This document shows, piece after piece, positions 1 to 11,441 of a stretch of 59,964 bases of DNA; the first letter of the stretch is position 1, and each line of letters opens with the position of its first letter. The position numbers and the translations under genes are program-made. This stretch comes from Stramenopiles sp. TOSAG23-2 (lineage: Eukaryota), in contig LT649252.1 in assembly GCA_900128395.1 (NCBI GenBank), forward strand, positions 1 through 59,964, in the 5' to 3' direction. Below the pieces are notes generated by a model. It was not told the origin of the DNA. It was given only the letters and a program-made list of their open reading frames with translations, and did not search any database.

Positions 1-55
1 CAATTGTCTGATGTAGTTGGAGAATTACCATATTTATTGAAAGTCTTATCGATTG
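1..55 (+). other. Inverted copy of an internal MPI fragment (chimeric junction)
   Basis: Exact reverse complement of 12438-12492; translates QLSDVVGELPYLLKVLSI as in the MPI ORF, then switches to unrelated sequence. Confidence 0.9.
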
Positions 56-151
56 GCATTTAATGAAAAAGGTAGAGGTATGACAACTCCTGATATGTTT
101 AAGTATTTAGGTCAAGTTGTTGAACAATTATGTCCAAGTCCTAAAATGTAA
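53..151 (+). CDS. 3' stub of a gene, probably ATP-dependent NAD(P)HX dehydratase (NAXD/CARKD family)
   Basis: Own translation LAFNEKGRGMTTPDMFKYLGQVVEQLCPSPKM* resembles the AFxxxGRxxTTxDM C-terminal motif of eukaryotic NAD(P)HX dehydratases; 5' part missing. Confidence 0.55.
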   Translation: MAFNEKGRGMTTPDMFKYLGQVVEQLCPSPKM

Positions 152-327
152 AAGAAGAAATACGTATGTGACAACTCTGTGCGTGTGTGCTGCTGAGAGA
201 TGTGTAATATCCTCTGTTTTTCTTTTTTTTTGTAAACCTTTTACGTTTTCTTTAGTTTTTCATATTTTTTTATAATTTTGAGTATCTTTTTCTCTTCTTC
301 TTAATTTTATCCTCTCTACTACTTTTC

Positions 328-1107
328 TCAATCTCTTTTAATTATATCCATATCATCAATAATAAATTTAGCTTGAAGTAATTTCAAATCTGTTACAAAA
401 GACATGTAAAAACATAATTGGCTAATTGTAATAAGCCATTCAATAAACGGTCCGCCAGGAAATCTTGTTTTACCACGTGTTTTACCTTCACTATTTTGTA
501 CTATTGTTGTTATTATATTTGCCATTATTAATAGAAATTGAATGAATATAAATATCGATTTTAAACTAATTGAAGTTGATGATATAATACTATGTTTCCG
601 TACAGAATATAAAAATAAAATATTTGCTACAAATGTCACTAGAAAAAATCCAGACGCGCAAATTATATGTAAATCCCATAATGTTTCTGCAGGCTCTTCC
701 ATTACTGCGCTCCCTATAAATAACATAATTCCAGCAAATTGACCAAGCCAACATCCTATTTTATGTGATAAAACTTCACAATTTGTAACCCTTGTTGATG
801 TGGTATTATTGCTACTTATAGATTTTTGCAAGCTTTCGTCAAGCAATAATTCATGCTGATTGAACAAAGAATGATGTTTCAATGGTGATGTAAAAACAGC
901 TATTAAATGCCAAGAAATTGTAAATAATAAACACGCTGGTAAAAACCCTATTCTAAAGAAAAAACGTTCAGGTGCATGTAATCCAGTATGAGTTATATCA
1001 GGTAACCAATATACAACATGGCCTAATGAAGTTGCAGTAAGATAACATGTTATAATGGTTACAATTGCAAGTGTCGTTCCTATTAATGGTGCAAAGTGTG
1101 GTTTCAT
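328..1107 (-). CDS. Frag1/DRAM/Sfk1-family multi-pass membrane protein
   Basis: About six hydrophobic segments; LPDITHTGLHAPE motif after TM1, His in LHIICASGFF, EW in the last helix, all typical of the family. Confidence 0.75.
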   Translation of the reverse strand: MKPHFAPLIGTTLAIVTIITCYLTATSLGHVVYWLPDITHTGLHAPERFFFRIGFLPACLLFTISWHLIAVFTSPLKHHSLFNQHELLLDESLQKSISSNNTTSTRVTNCEVLSHKIGCWLGQFAGIMLFIGSAVMEEPAETLWDLHIICASGFFLVTFVANILFLYSVRKHSIISSTSISLKSIFIFIQFLLIMANIITTIVQNSEGKTRGKTRFPGGPFIEWLITISQLCFYMSFVTDLKLLQAKFIIDDMDIIKRD

Positions 1108-1765
1108 ACTTATTTATTTCTTAACTATAATATCTATTCTTAGCTATAATATCTATAATACGTAATGAACCTTAGAGATTTTCCTTGGCGGTAAAACTAC
1201 ATACAGGTAATATACCATTTCAAAATTTTTACTGTTCATTTCAAAATTATATTATTTTTTTTTTTCTTTATTTTGTTGTATTATTTTATTTTTTTAATTT
1301 GTTGTTGTTGAGTGCTGCTTGAGCAACTCTCTGCTTGAGAAGGCTGGAAGGCCAGAAGGCCACAGAAGCCGCCAGAAAGAGGTTGTTGGTTGTTGAGCCT
1401 TATTTTTAAATTAAGGAAAAGGTCGGTGATAATAATAGTCTAAGCACACCTGGCACACAGCACTACCAGACGACTACTCTACAACCTGCAAACCAGCAAA
1501 CCATTGTTTTGATAGAGGTTTTCAATAATAAAGTTGAAAGACGTTACTCCAGTTACATGAAATTATAAAAGGGCATATATGTATTCTGGTATTCGGTATA
1601 TCCTGTATTATTACAATTATATAATATATTGTACAGGTCCGAAAGAAAAAGAAAAAAAGTAGAAATAATACCATAGATACAGACTATATATATATATATA
1701 TATATATATTTACAAGTCTAAATATATAATAGTACGTCATATAGAATAGATATAGCAACAAAAAT

Positions 1766-4700
1766 ATGGCTGTAAAATGGAACCCGTTAAATCTATCGTT
1801 GAAACCAAAAAAAAAGAACCCGCCAAACGTAGCAGAACTTGCGTTTGAAGAATGGATAGCTACGAAGAATTCCAGGGAAAAATTAGAAAACTTTTTAAAA
1901 AGTGCTCCTTTGCCAATTAATAGCCCTGAATTAAGTGAAAAAGAATGTGAACAATATATTAGACAAGTAGGACAAGCTGTAAAACATATTAATTTACTAT
2001 GGAAAAATAAATTTTTAAAATTTGGTAAGGGATATTACAAGCAAAATAAATTAATTGATATTTGGGACAAATTAGAGCCAGTAACGGTAGATCATAATTT
2101 TTCAATATTAGTGCCAGTATTACGCAAAATTATAAAATATGCATTGTATCCTGTGTATTCCAAGTACTATTATGTTGGTAACAACAATGATTTCAATAAT
2201 CGGCTGAAACAAAAAAAAATTTTCAATGAACCTAGACGGGAATCATTTCAAATACAATTAAAAGGTTTTCGAAAAACTTTAATGAATAGATTAATTACGT
2301 ATGATGAAAAAAAATATGAAAAGTTAGCAGAAGTCAATGAAGAGAAAACATTCGTCCCAAGAGCAACTGCTGCAACTGTCGATAAAATGTTAGAAAAGCC
2401 ACACATCATACAACAATATTTTGAATATTGTAGTTTAAGATTTAATATAAATGAAATAAAATATTTATGTTTAAGTTTCCCAAGTGAAAAGTACAAAGCA
2501 TCATCATCATCATCCGATGATTTATTTCAAAATGCATCGTTTAATATATTGCAATTTTTAAGTTTTATTGATTATTTGCAACAAAATTATTACGACAATC
2601 ATAAAAAACGTTATCATCAACTTCATGAACATGAAAATCAATCTGATGATAACATGTTAACACTGAGTCCTAAAAATTCACCTCGAAATAACAAAACAAA
2701 AAAGAAAAAGAAAGAATGTATATGTGAAAATTATTCAGGTCGTTATTATTGGAATTTATATGACGCTATTGGTATTTCAACATCCAAAATAGTTGAAAAT
2801 ATCATAAGTCGTGGTGGAATCGACAATGATGTATCGCTTGGAGCTGTTGGTGTAACACAAGGTGCAAATGTTACTTTTACGCTGAAAAATGCATTTATAC
2901 GTGGCAATGGTGAAATAATCCGATATAAAAAAGAGAAATATAATGAAGAAGAAAATGTAGAAAGTCCAAGAATAAAGTATTTAACGCAAGAATATGATGT
3001 AAAGAAAACTAATAGTACAAATTATAACGATCCCGCCATGCAATATTATCCTGGTTGGAATTGGAAACAAAAAAGAGAACAAGCTGTGTTGAAATTAAAT
3101 ATCATAATGAAGCGTTTTGCAAGTGCCATTGTTGAAAAAAATTTAATAGAAAAATTACGGGATCGATCATTACCAAAAAAACCTGTATTAAAACGATATT
3201 TAATTGCATTTGATGAATTTGACAATTTAATTCAACAACGAAATGATAGTAATGATAAAATAGTAGAAAATCCAGAAGAAGAAGATGAAAATAAAAATGA
3301 TAGTATTATTAATACATCATTGTATGAAAACAATGATATTTCATATGATAATTCCAACATTTTATGTTTACGTTGGAACGTAGACAAAAATGTAACATAT
3401 TATAAATTAGAACAAAAAAAAGCTCATGGATATTATACAATTCACGTGGACCCACCTATTGAAAAGGTACCAAATACAAGACCACAAGGAACATTTAAAG
3501 TGATTAACTTAAAACCAAATACATCCTATGTAAGTATTCTCTTCATCTATATACACACACAGACGTACACACAGACGCCATGTCAGCTCTCTAACAAAAT
3601 AAATTTTACATAGGAATTTCGATTAACGGGTTGCAATGATAATGGAGAAGGTCCATATACATCCAGACGTTTCATTACAACACCAAAAACTCCACCTAAA
3701 CCAAGAATTTTTAGCATAGTTTACAACACACTGCAACAACAAAAAACTGCGCATATTACATTATGTTGGGGTATGGATTTATATAATGCATGGATTAAAG
3801 AATTAAAATCAATTTTTGATAAAATACGAAATGAGAAAAAATTAAAAGAATATTTAAAACAAACTCCAATTGCTAAGAAATTTTTACTTCATTGTCAAAA
3901 AATTAATGCCTTAGAATTAACGTTCGAAATGTTTAAAGAATTTTGTGCATTTCGAAATTATGGATTAACCGATGTTGAAAAAAAGAAATATGAACAATTG
4001 GAAATTCGTTTAAAACAACAAAAAGATCACCCAAGTTTAGGTTTGGGTTACATACCATCTATGAATCAAGTGCCCCGATTAACAAAGTGCCCAAAACAGT
4101 GTTTGGGATGTCAAGCATTGGATCAAGTGCCTCGATTGAAAAAGTACCCAAAAAATTGTTTGGAATGTGGAGGGTTTTCCGGGGGCGGCGGTGGTGAAGG
4201 AAAAGGTGGTTATGAAGTATGGTGTAAAGCTACATTATCATCTAAATCACAATTGTTAATATCGAGAAAGAGAAGTGGTGATGAGATGATATTGGATAAA
4301 TACGTCAAAGTATGGGAAGGCGTAGATGATGCATGTTCCATTGTGCATTTAAAATGTGGATACCAATATGCATTTTACGTTGTAAAACGAAACGAAAATG
4401 GGGAAAAAAGCTTGAAAAGCGAACCAACGCTTGTTCTTTTGAAATGTGATGATAATATGAAAAAAAAGAAGAAAATATTCCCAAAAGATGCAGCATTATC
4501 AGAAAACTTAGCTTTGAAAATACCATATGCACCAATTATCGTGTCTCGTACAGCTACTGAAGTCGTTGTACTTATGCGAAAAGGAAAAGGTGTAAAAATG
4601 ATAAGACTTGAAAGTAGAAATTTAAATGCAACTACAAAACATAGTGGTAAAGTTGCTACTTGGGAACATATTGAAGGTGCGTCTATTTGCAAAACACCAG

Positions 4701-5353
4701 AGGTACCATCTGATATACCTATCCCACATCGTTACCCTTCAAGAAAGAAAAAAGACGATGAGAATAAAGTTAAAATGGCACCTGGAAGATGGATTCGTGT
4801 AGCTGAGACAAAGGAATTGTACAGTACCACACTCGTAGTCGGTTTGAAACCAAATGCATCATATCAATTTCGTTGTAAATCCGTTGATGAACATTATCTT
4901 GCTGGACCTGCAAGTGATCATGTACATTTTGAAAATGTAAAATTATTAAAATCAAAAAGTCATTTTCATCAAATCACACGTAATAATATATCTGCAACAT
5001 TTGTTGTTTTAGTTGGTTCGCCAAAGGAATTAAAAATTGGTGATACAATTTGTTTTGTAGAGAAAAGTCGTTTAGATGGATTTACTGTATTAGCAGCAAA
5101 AATATTACGTAAAAATTTCCATAGCAATGCATATGTCATTGAAGTTATTTGGGCATCACGATTACGAAAAGGTATTACACCAAATTCATTTGTTGCTGAA
5201 AAAACCGTATTAGGTCCACATCCATTTACACCAGGATATCATACAGGTTCTATATTGTTTCGATCTGGAAATAGTTTTTTCAATGAAAGTAAAAGAATAT
5301 ATAGAACAAAATGGATTGATGAGAAAGGACGTAATGAATGTATTCATATTTGA
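1766..5353 (+). CDS. Large fibronectin type III domain protein; exons 1766-3529 and 3614-5353
   Basis: Intron 3530-3613 (gtaagt...catag) joins the two ORFs in frame to give LKPNTSY/EFRLTGCNDNGEGPY; further FN3 signatures LKCGYQYAFYV and GLKPNASYQFRCKSVD. Confidence 0.8.
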
Positions 5354-5642
5354 TGCAGAGAGAGAGAGGAGATACCACGATATAACATGTACGTATATAT
5401 ATATCAAGATTTTACATTACAAAATGATCTCTAAAAATTTAGACATTGTTATAATTACACTCTCCGCACAATTATAAATTTCATAAAGCTGTTGTGGTTT
5501 CTAGCATAAGACACTATCATATCATACCCATACAAATACACTCCTCGGTGTGTAACATATATATATATGATGTATTTTAACCATGATTTGTGAAATACCA
5601 TATATATAATATATTAAATCAATTCTTAAAGTAAGAAAAGAA

Positions 5643-6095
5643 TTAATCACGGTTTTCACGACGTCCGCGGCCGAAACCACCTTCACCTCCACGTCTGTAT
5701 CCACCACGCTCACCACCACGTTTGAAATCACCACCACGACGACCTTCGTAATCACCATCACGCCCTTCACGGTTATAACCACTGTTTGGTGCTCTTGCTG
5801 GTTTTGCTGCTGCTTTAGTCAAAGTTTCTGGTACAACGCCTTCTGGAATGTGTAAATACTCACGCAAATACTCAATTCCTTCATCTTTTAAATAATAGTA
5901 ATTGTATCTCCAGTTATAGGTATGCTTTACTAAACCACGGCTTACAAAGCTTTTCATTAATGCTAAAACTTCTACATTTGGGATATCTCCTTCAATGCGT
6001 GGATGTTTGTTTACAACATCTTTTTTTGCAACTAATACACCTTCTTTGAAAAGGTAGCTGTATACAGCCAAACGATTTTTCTTTGGTACGATCAT
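5643..6095 (-). CDS. RPS10: 40S ribosomal protein S10 (eS10)
   Basis: MIVPKKNRLAVYSYLFKEGVLVAKKD ... EGIEYLREYLHIPEGVVPETL, RGG-rich tail. Confidence 0.97.
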   Translation of the reverse strand: MIVPKKNRLAVYSYLFKEGVLVAKKDVVNKHPRIEGDIPNVEVLALMKSFVSRGLVKHTYNWRYNYYYLKDEGIEYLREYLHIPEGVVPETLTKAAAKPARAPNSGYNREGRDGDYEGRRGGDFKRGGERGGYRRGGEGGFGRGRRENRD

Positions 6096-6564
6096 TATGT
6101 GATTTTTGCTTTTTTCTTATCTTTTGTTTTCTTCAAATCAGATATTTTATTAATAAATGTCTAACTAAATGTGATGTGTTGTATTATCTATCTATCTATG
6201 TAAGTTGTGTGTATTGATATATATCAAAAAAAGGATCTCTATTTTTAAATCTCTATGTTTCTCTCTTCCCAATGGTAATTGTATGTAAATCCTGGTAATA
6301 CAAATCAGAGAATATATAGTAGCCATAGTAGGGCTATATCACACATTAACATACGAATACTATAGAACCAGACTGTATAATAAAGCTGTAAGGATTGTAT
6401 GGCTGATTTTTAACACAGCGTAATATTTAATAGTGTGTAGGCTTATTTTTTTTCGATGTCGATGTTACAATACTATTTACCTGTTAAAAAGGATCCGAGC
6501 CACCCCAGCCAGTGAAGCCACCAAATAGATGAATTGTAATTTATAGTTAGTAATAAGGTTAGAG

Positions 6565-6872
6565 TTAGCAGGTGCACAGTAGGTGCTACAGACTGTAACC
6601 AATACCACAACACAACAAAATATTATTATAGATAGAAAGAAGCTAGAATATATAGAGATATATAAAATAATAACAAGATATTTAGCAGGTGCACAGTAGG
6701 TGCTACAGACAAAATATTATTATAGATAGAAAGAAGCTAGAATATATAGAGATATATAAAATAATAACAAGATATTTAGCAGGTGCACAGTAGGTGCTAC
6801 AGACAAAATATTATTATAGATAGAAAGAAGCTAGAATATATAGAGATATATAAAATAATAACAAGATATTTA
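6565..6872. repeat. Three-copy tandem repeat (117, 94 and ~94 bp units) in the RPS10/RPS8 divergent intergenic region
   Basis: ttagcaggtgcacagtaggtgctacagac starts at 6565, 6682 and 6776, each followed by the same AT-rich block; copy 1 has 23 extra bp. Confidence 0.9.
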
Positions 6873-6965
6873 CAATAGAAGATAGAATTACAGATAGATA
6901 GATATACACATAACAAACCTTTTTGAAAACAAAAATAAGATATAAATATATAGTAATAATTAATC

Positions 6966-7592
6966 ATGGGTATCTGCAGAGACAGTCGTCATAAACGCCG
7001 TAACACTGGTGGTAGACGTAAAATTCACATCAAAAAAAGAAAATTTGAACTTGGCCGCCCAGGAGCTATGACTAAATTAACTCCAGGTGATAAACGAGTA
7101 CATGTTGTAAGAGGACGTGGTGGTAATCTTAAATTCCGTGCATTGAGACTTGAAACTGGAAATTTCAGTTGGGGTAGTGAAGTATGCACAAGAAAAGCAC
7201 GTATTTTGGATGTTGTTTACAATGCATCAAACAATGAGTTGGTTCGTACAAACACACTTGTTAAAGGATGCATTGTAAGTATTGATGCTGCACCATTCCG
7301 TCAATGGTTCGAGTCATACTATGGCAGCAAAATTGGTGACACTGGCAAAGTTAGTGCTGTTGCACCAGAAGGAAAGAAAAGTAAACATGCATTACGTAGT
7401 TTGCAAAAGAAGCAAAAAAATATCGATGTTTCCAGAACTATCATCGATCAATTGAATGGAGGTCGTTTGCTTGCTGCAATCTCATCTCGCCCAGGACAAT
7501 CAGGCCGTGCAGATGGTTATTTACTTGAAGGAAAAGAATTGGAATTTTATCAACGTCAAATGAATGTGAAGAAAGGTAAAAAGAAAAACTAA
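6966..7592 (+). CDS. RPS8: 40S ribosomal protein S8 (eS8)
   Basis: [12 protein letters not shown]..., [41 protein letters not shown]. Confidence 0.98.
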   Translation: MGICRDSRHKRRNTGGRRKIHIKKRKFELGRPGAMTKLTPGDKRVHVVRGRGGNLKFRALRLETGNFSWGSEVCTRKARILDVVYNASNNELVRTNTLVKGCIVSIDAAPFRQWFESYYGSKIGDTGKVSAVAPEGKKSKHALRSLQKKQKNIDVSRTIIDQLNGGRLLAAISSRPGQSGRADGYLLEGKELEFYQRQMNVKKGKKKN

Positions 7593-8137
7593 TTGAATAG
7601 GCGCGTCTGATGCACCTGTATATGTTAGTTGAATATAGTTATAAAATATATTATATATAAAGAAAAAGTTATATTATAAAATGTCCTTTTTTCACTTTTT
7701 ATAAATAAAAAAATAGAAATAAATAATATTTGTACCATATATATATATTCGAATAGCATGGGAATATCACTATAACTAGTAAAGAAAATTCATGAAACAA
7801 CTATACATTTAGTAATAATTATGAGGTGGTTAAAATCTATATATGCACCTATGTGCCTATCTTATCATTCACGCATACACACACATCTACTAATAATAGG
7901 GTCGTCATATTTATATTTTTTTATATGTGTATTAAAATTCTTTCTCCTTTAACTCCTCCCAACAATTAAAAGACAAAAACATGTACACACACAATACTAG
8001 CAACAAGGTGTATATCTAATTTAGATTTTTACATATTTATATGTTACCATACAAACATCAAATCTGTACATATGATATGATATGATATATGATATGATAA
8101 CATAAATACATGATGATGTAAAATGTTCTTTTTTTTT

Positions 8138-10802
8138 CTAAAAATTTGGTACAAGATGTCGTGGTTCTGTATGTACAGAACTTCTTTTCAATTTAGCTAA
8201 TCCTTGATCAATTTCTTTTCCCAGCTTACCTCGAAAAACATGTAAAGGTGATAATGATTTGCGTTCTTTTTTCATTCTTCTAGAGACACGTTTACGTGTT
8301 TTTGCACTATTGACCGCGGCAATTCGTTGCATATTTTTATGTTTTGTAACGTACTGTTCCTCCAATTCCATCTTTAAACCTTTTAAATATTGGCGTTTAT
8401 CTTGTAAGACGTCTGAATCTTTCCCAAACCCTTTAAAATGTTCCTCAACACGTCTAACACGTATTGGCTCTAATTTACGTTCAATTTCATTGATTTCATC
8501 AAGCAATTTCTTATTTGTGACAACATGTAATCTTTCTCTTGCAATGCTTTCATAGAATTCAACAGGTACTGCATTTTTTATTTTTTCTTCCTCTTCCCTT
8601 GCTGTTTGCTCGGCTTCTTCTTGTTCCCTTAAACGTTTCAAAATAACTTTAGTTTTCACCCTTGACATTGCAATTTCCCTGCCTCGTTCAGCATCTCGCT
8701 CTCGTTTGTTTTTAACTCTTTTATTGACACGTATTAAATGTTCCTCATATTCAGCCAAGCATCGTATACCATTGCGAACTATTATTTTCGTATTTGATGC
8801 AGCATTTGAGACACTGATTTTTTCCGATAAAAGTGTTGCTGCACCTTTCATTCGCCATTCCCAAAAATCCTCTTCTTGGTTTTCATAAAATTCACTTTCC
8901 TCGACTAATTTATGTATACGATCTATTTCATTTTGGAATTGTCGGAATACTTTTTTTAATATAAAACGAACTTGCGATATACGTTCTTTTTTTATTTTCT
9001 CCGGTTGGTTTTTATACATTGGATCTTCCCATGCTAATCCAATTTTTATCGCATTACACAAAAGTAAAAATCCTGGCAAACTTTTTGGCCAAGTACTTTT
9101 GTTGAAGACCATTGCCATTCGATGCAACCATGTTTTATTTTTATTTTCCTGTTTTTGCTTTTCTGCATCTTCTTGAATTTTTTTAATCATTGCTTTCTCT
9201 TCCTCCTCTGCTCTTTTTTTTAATAATATTAGATAATCTTTAGATTTATTAATTAATAATCGACAAGTGCCAGAATATCTTGCAATCCAATTTGTAAATA
9301 GTGTCTTATCGATGAATTCTAATTTATTAAATTCCTCAATACTATCATAACCAAGCTCTTCTATCATTTTATTATGAAAGTCATTGACATCGATGGTATC
9401 ATTAATACCCAGATTGGTTAAACGTTCCAATAAATCTTTAGGTTTTGCCACTAATTGATCACTATTTAAACACAACTTACTATAGGTTAAATCAGTATTA
9501 TGTAATATCTCATATAATTTATGATGCACGATGATGTTATTGATTTCTGTATCATCGCTTTCCATGAACCATTGAACGAAATCATTATATGTAAGTTCTT
9601 TCTCTGATGAACCATTGCTTATATGCCTAAAGCAACGTTCGATTTTACGTTTATTTACATTTTTTAACCACTTGGTATGCTTACGCTTTATACCTTTCTC
9701 CTCATCCGTTTTTCCCTCTCCATCTTTTTTTTCGCTATTTTTATTACTAGTATTATTATTTTTTTTATTTGTTTTTCCTATATTTCTTAATATAATTTCC
9801 ATTTTTTCCATATCATTTCCTTTCTTAATTTTCAATCTGTCAAACCCTTGATATAAGTCTTGGATCGTGAATGTTTTACTGGCGAAATCACGATCACTAT
9901 CTGCTCTTTTCTTCTTCGTACCATATTTTGTAACAATTTCAAATGAACATATCATGTTAAAAAAATCATCGCAAGTACGTCTCATGCAGTATTCTTTACA
10001 TTTTGTCAAAACAGAACTAGGAACATGTGTTCCGGAATGAAACCATTGTACAGTCTGCTCCATGTCAAATGTCCCTGTTGAGTCTACTTTATAATCTTCC
10101 ATAATTTCTGTTTTTATACGTTTTGTACTAATAGGTTGGTCTATTTTCATTGTACCCAACTCAAAATTTTCTGGCGTTATAATACCAACATGGTTTACAT
10201 CACAAAGCCAAAAAAACTCATGCGCCACGGTATCAATGTGTTCTAAATATGGCACAATATCTATATTTGGTTCGCCATCAATTTCTTCGTCACTATCATC
10301 GGACTCTTCATCTTCCGGGGATTCCTTTGGTGGTGGGGGGGGGTGGACCACCTTTTCTTGGGCTTCCGCCTTTTCTTGGGCTTCCGCCTTTTCTTGGACT
10401 TCCAGTTTTACTTTTTCTTGGACTTCCAGTTTTACTTTTTCTTGGACTTTTATTTCGTTTTCTTGGACTGCTACTTTCATTCTTTTTCGGTGGTGGTGGT
10501 GGTGCTCCTCCACCTTTTGTTTCCACTTTGAAATTTTTACTATTATTATCATTGGTGTTGTCTTTTTTTTTCTTAGGCGGACCTGGTGGGCCAGGCGGAC
10601 CCGGTGCAGCTTTTGAAGAAGATGTTTTTTTCTTTTCTTCCGATTTAGTTGGTTTCTTGGGTGGAGGTGGAGGATTATTAGTAGTTGCTGCTGCTGATAA
10701 TGATGATGGTTTTTCAGCAACTTTTTTTTCAGCTTTCTTTGGTGGGGGTGGAGGACCAGCTTTGTCCTCCTTGGGTGGTGGACCAGCTGTCTTTGGGGGC
10801 AT
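8138..10802 (-). CDS. Pro/Lys-rich N-terminus, EF-hand-like repeats and C-terminal coiled coil; one frameshift at the G9 run 10335-10343
   Basis: ORF 10308-10802 (MPPKTAGPPP...SPRKGGPPPP) continues into the 8138 frame (PPPPPKESPEDEE) if one base is removed; EF-hand-like loops DVNHVGIITPENF and DSTGTFDMEQT; E/K/R-rich helical tail. Confidence 0.7.
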
Positions 10803-11441
10803 TCTATCGTATTCAAATATATTTTACAAGTTTCTTTTAAATTATCCATTGCTGGGCTGGATTGATAAAAAGGTTTACAGAAATAATAAATATACAAGTA
10901 GAATATATATGTATATGTGACGATTACAATGGTAATTCAGTATTATATGATTGATGGGATTAGTATGGGAATACCAGAATACGACGTCATTTGATCAACT
11001 GATAGAAATTTTTTTATCTGCACAACAACTTCGTCACTTCGTAGATACACACATCAACACATCATAATCAGTGATATATAAAGTTTTACTAAAATTAATA
11101 TTTATTATAATAGTCCTAATAATTATATACCAGTATACTGATTACTATAATAACTATCTATTGTCTATTGGAAAAAGAAAAGCAGTATGACAGTATGACA
11201 TAATACCACGGCGGTGCTGCGGTGCTAGCTCTGGCCAGGCTAACCAGGCTAAGCCCGCTATACGCTATACCTCCTCGTACACTACATACAGGACAGTATA
11301 TCTACCTGGTATAGCAGGGAGAAAATTAAAATAAAGTCTGTTGGTATTTATTGAATTTAAGGTTTTAGGTTTTTTTAGGTTTTCGGGCTACAAAAAGAGG
11401 CCGCCATCATCATAAATCTCGTTATCATATTTATCACATCA

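Noticed and set aside
10345..10897. His/Lys-rich N-terminus of the 919-aa ORF, and overlapping + strand ORFs 10236-10920
   Set aside because: Off-frame or antisense readings of the Pro-rich coding sequence upstream of the G9 frameshift.
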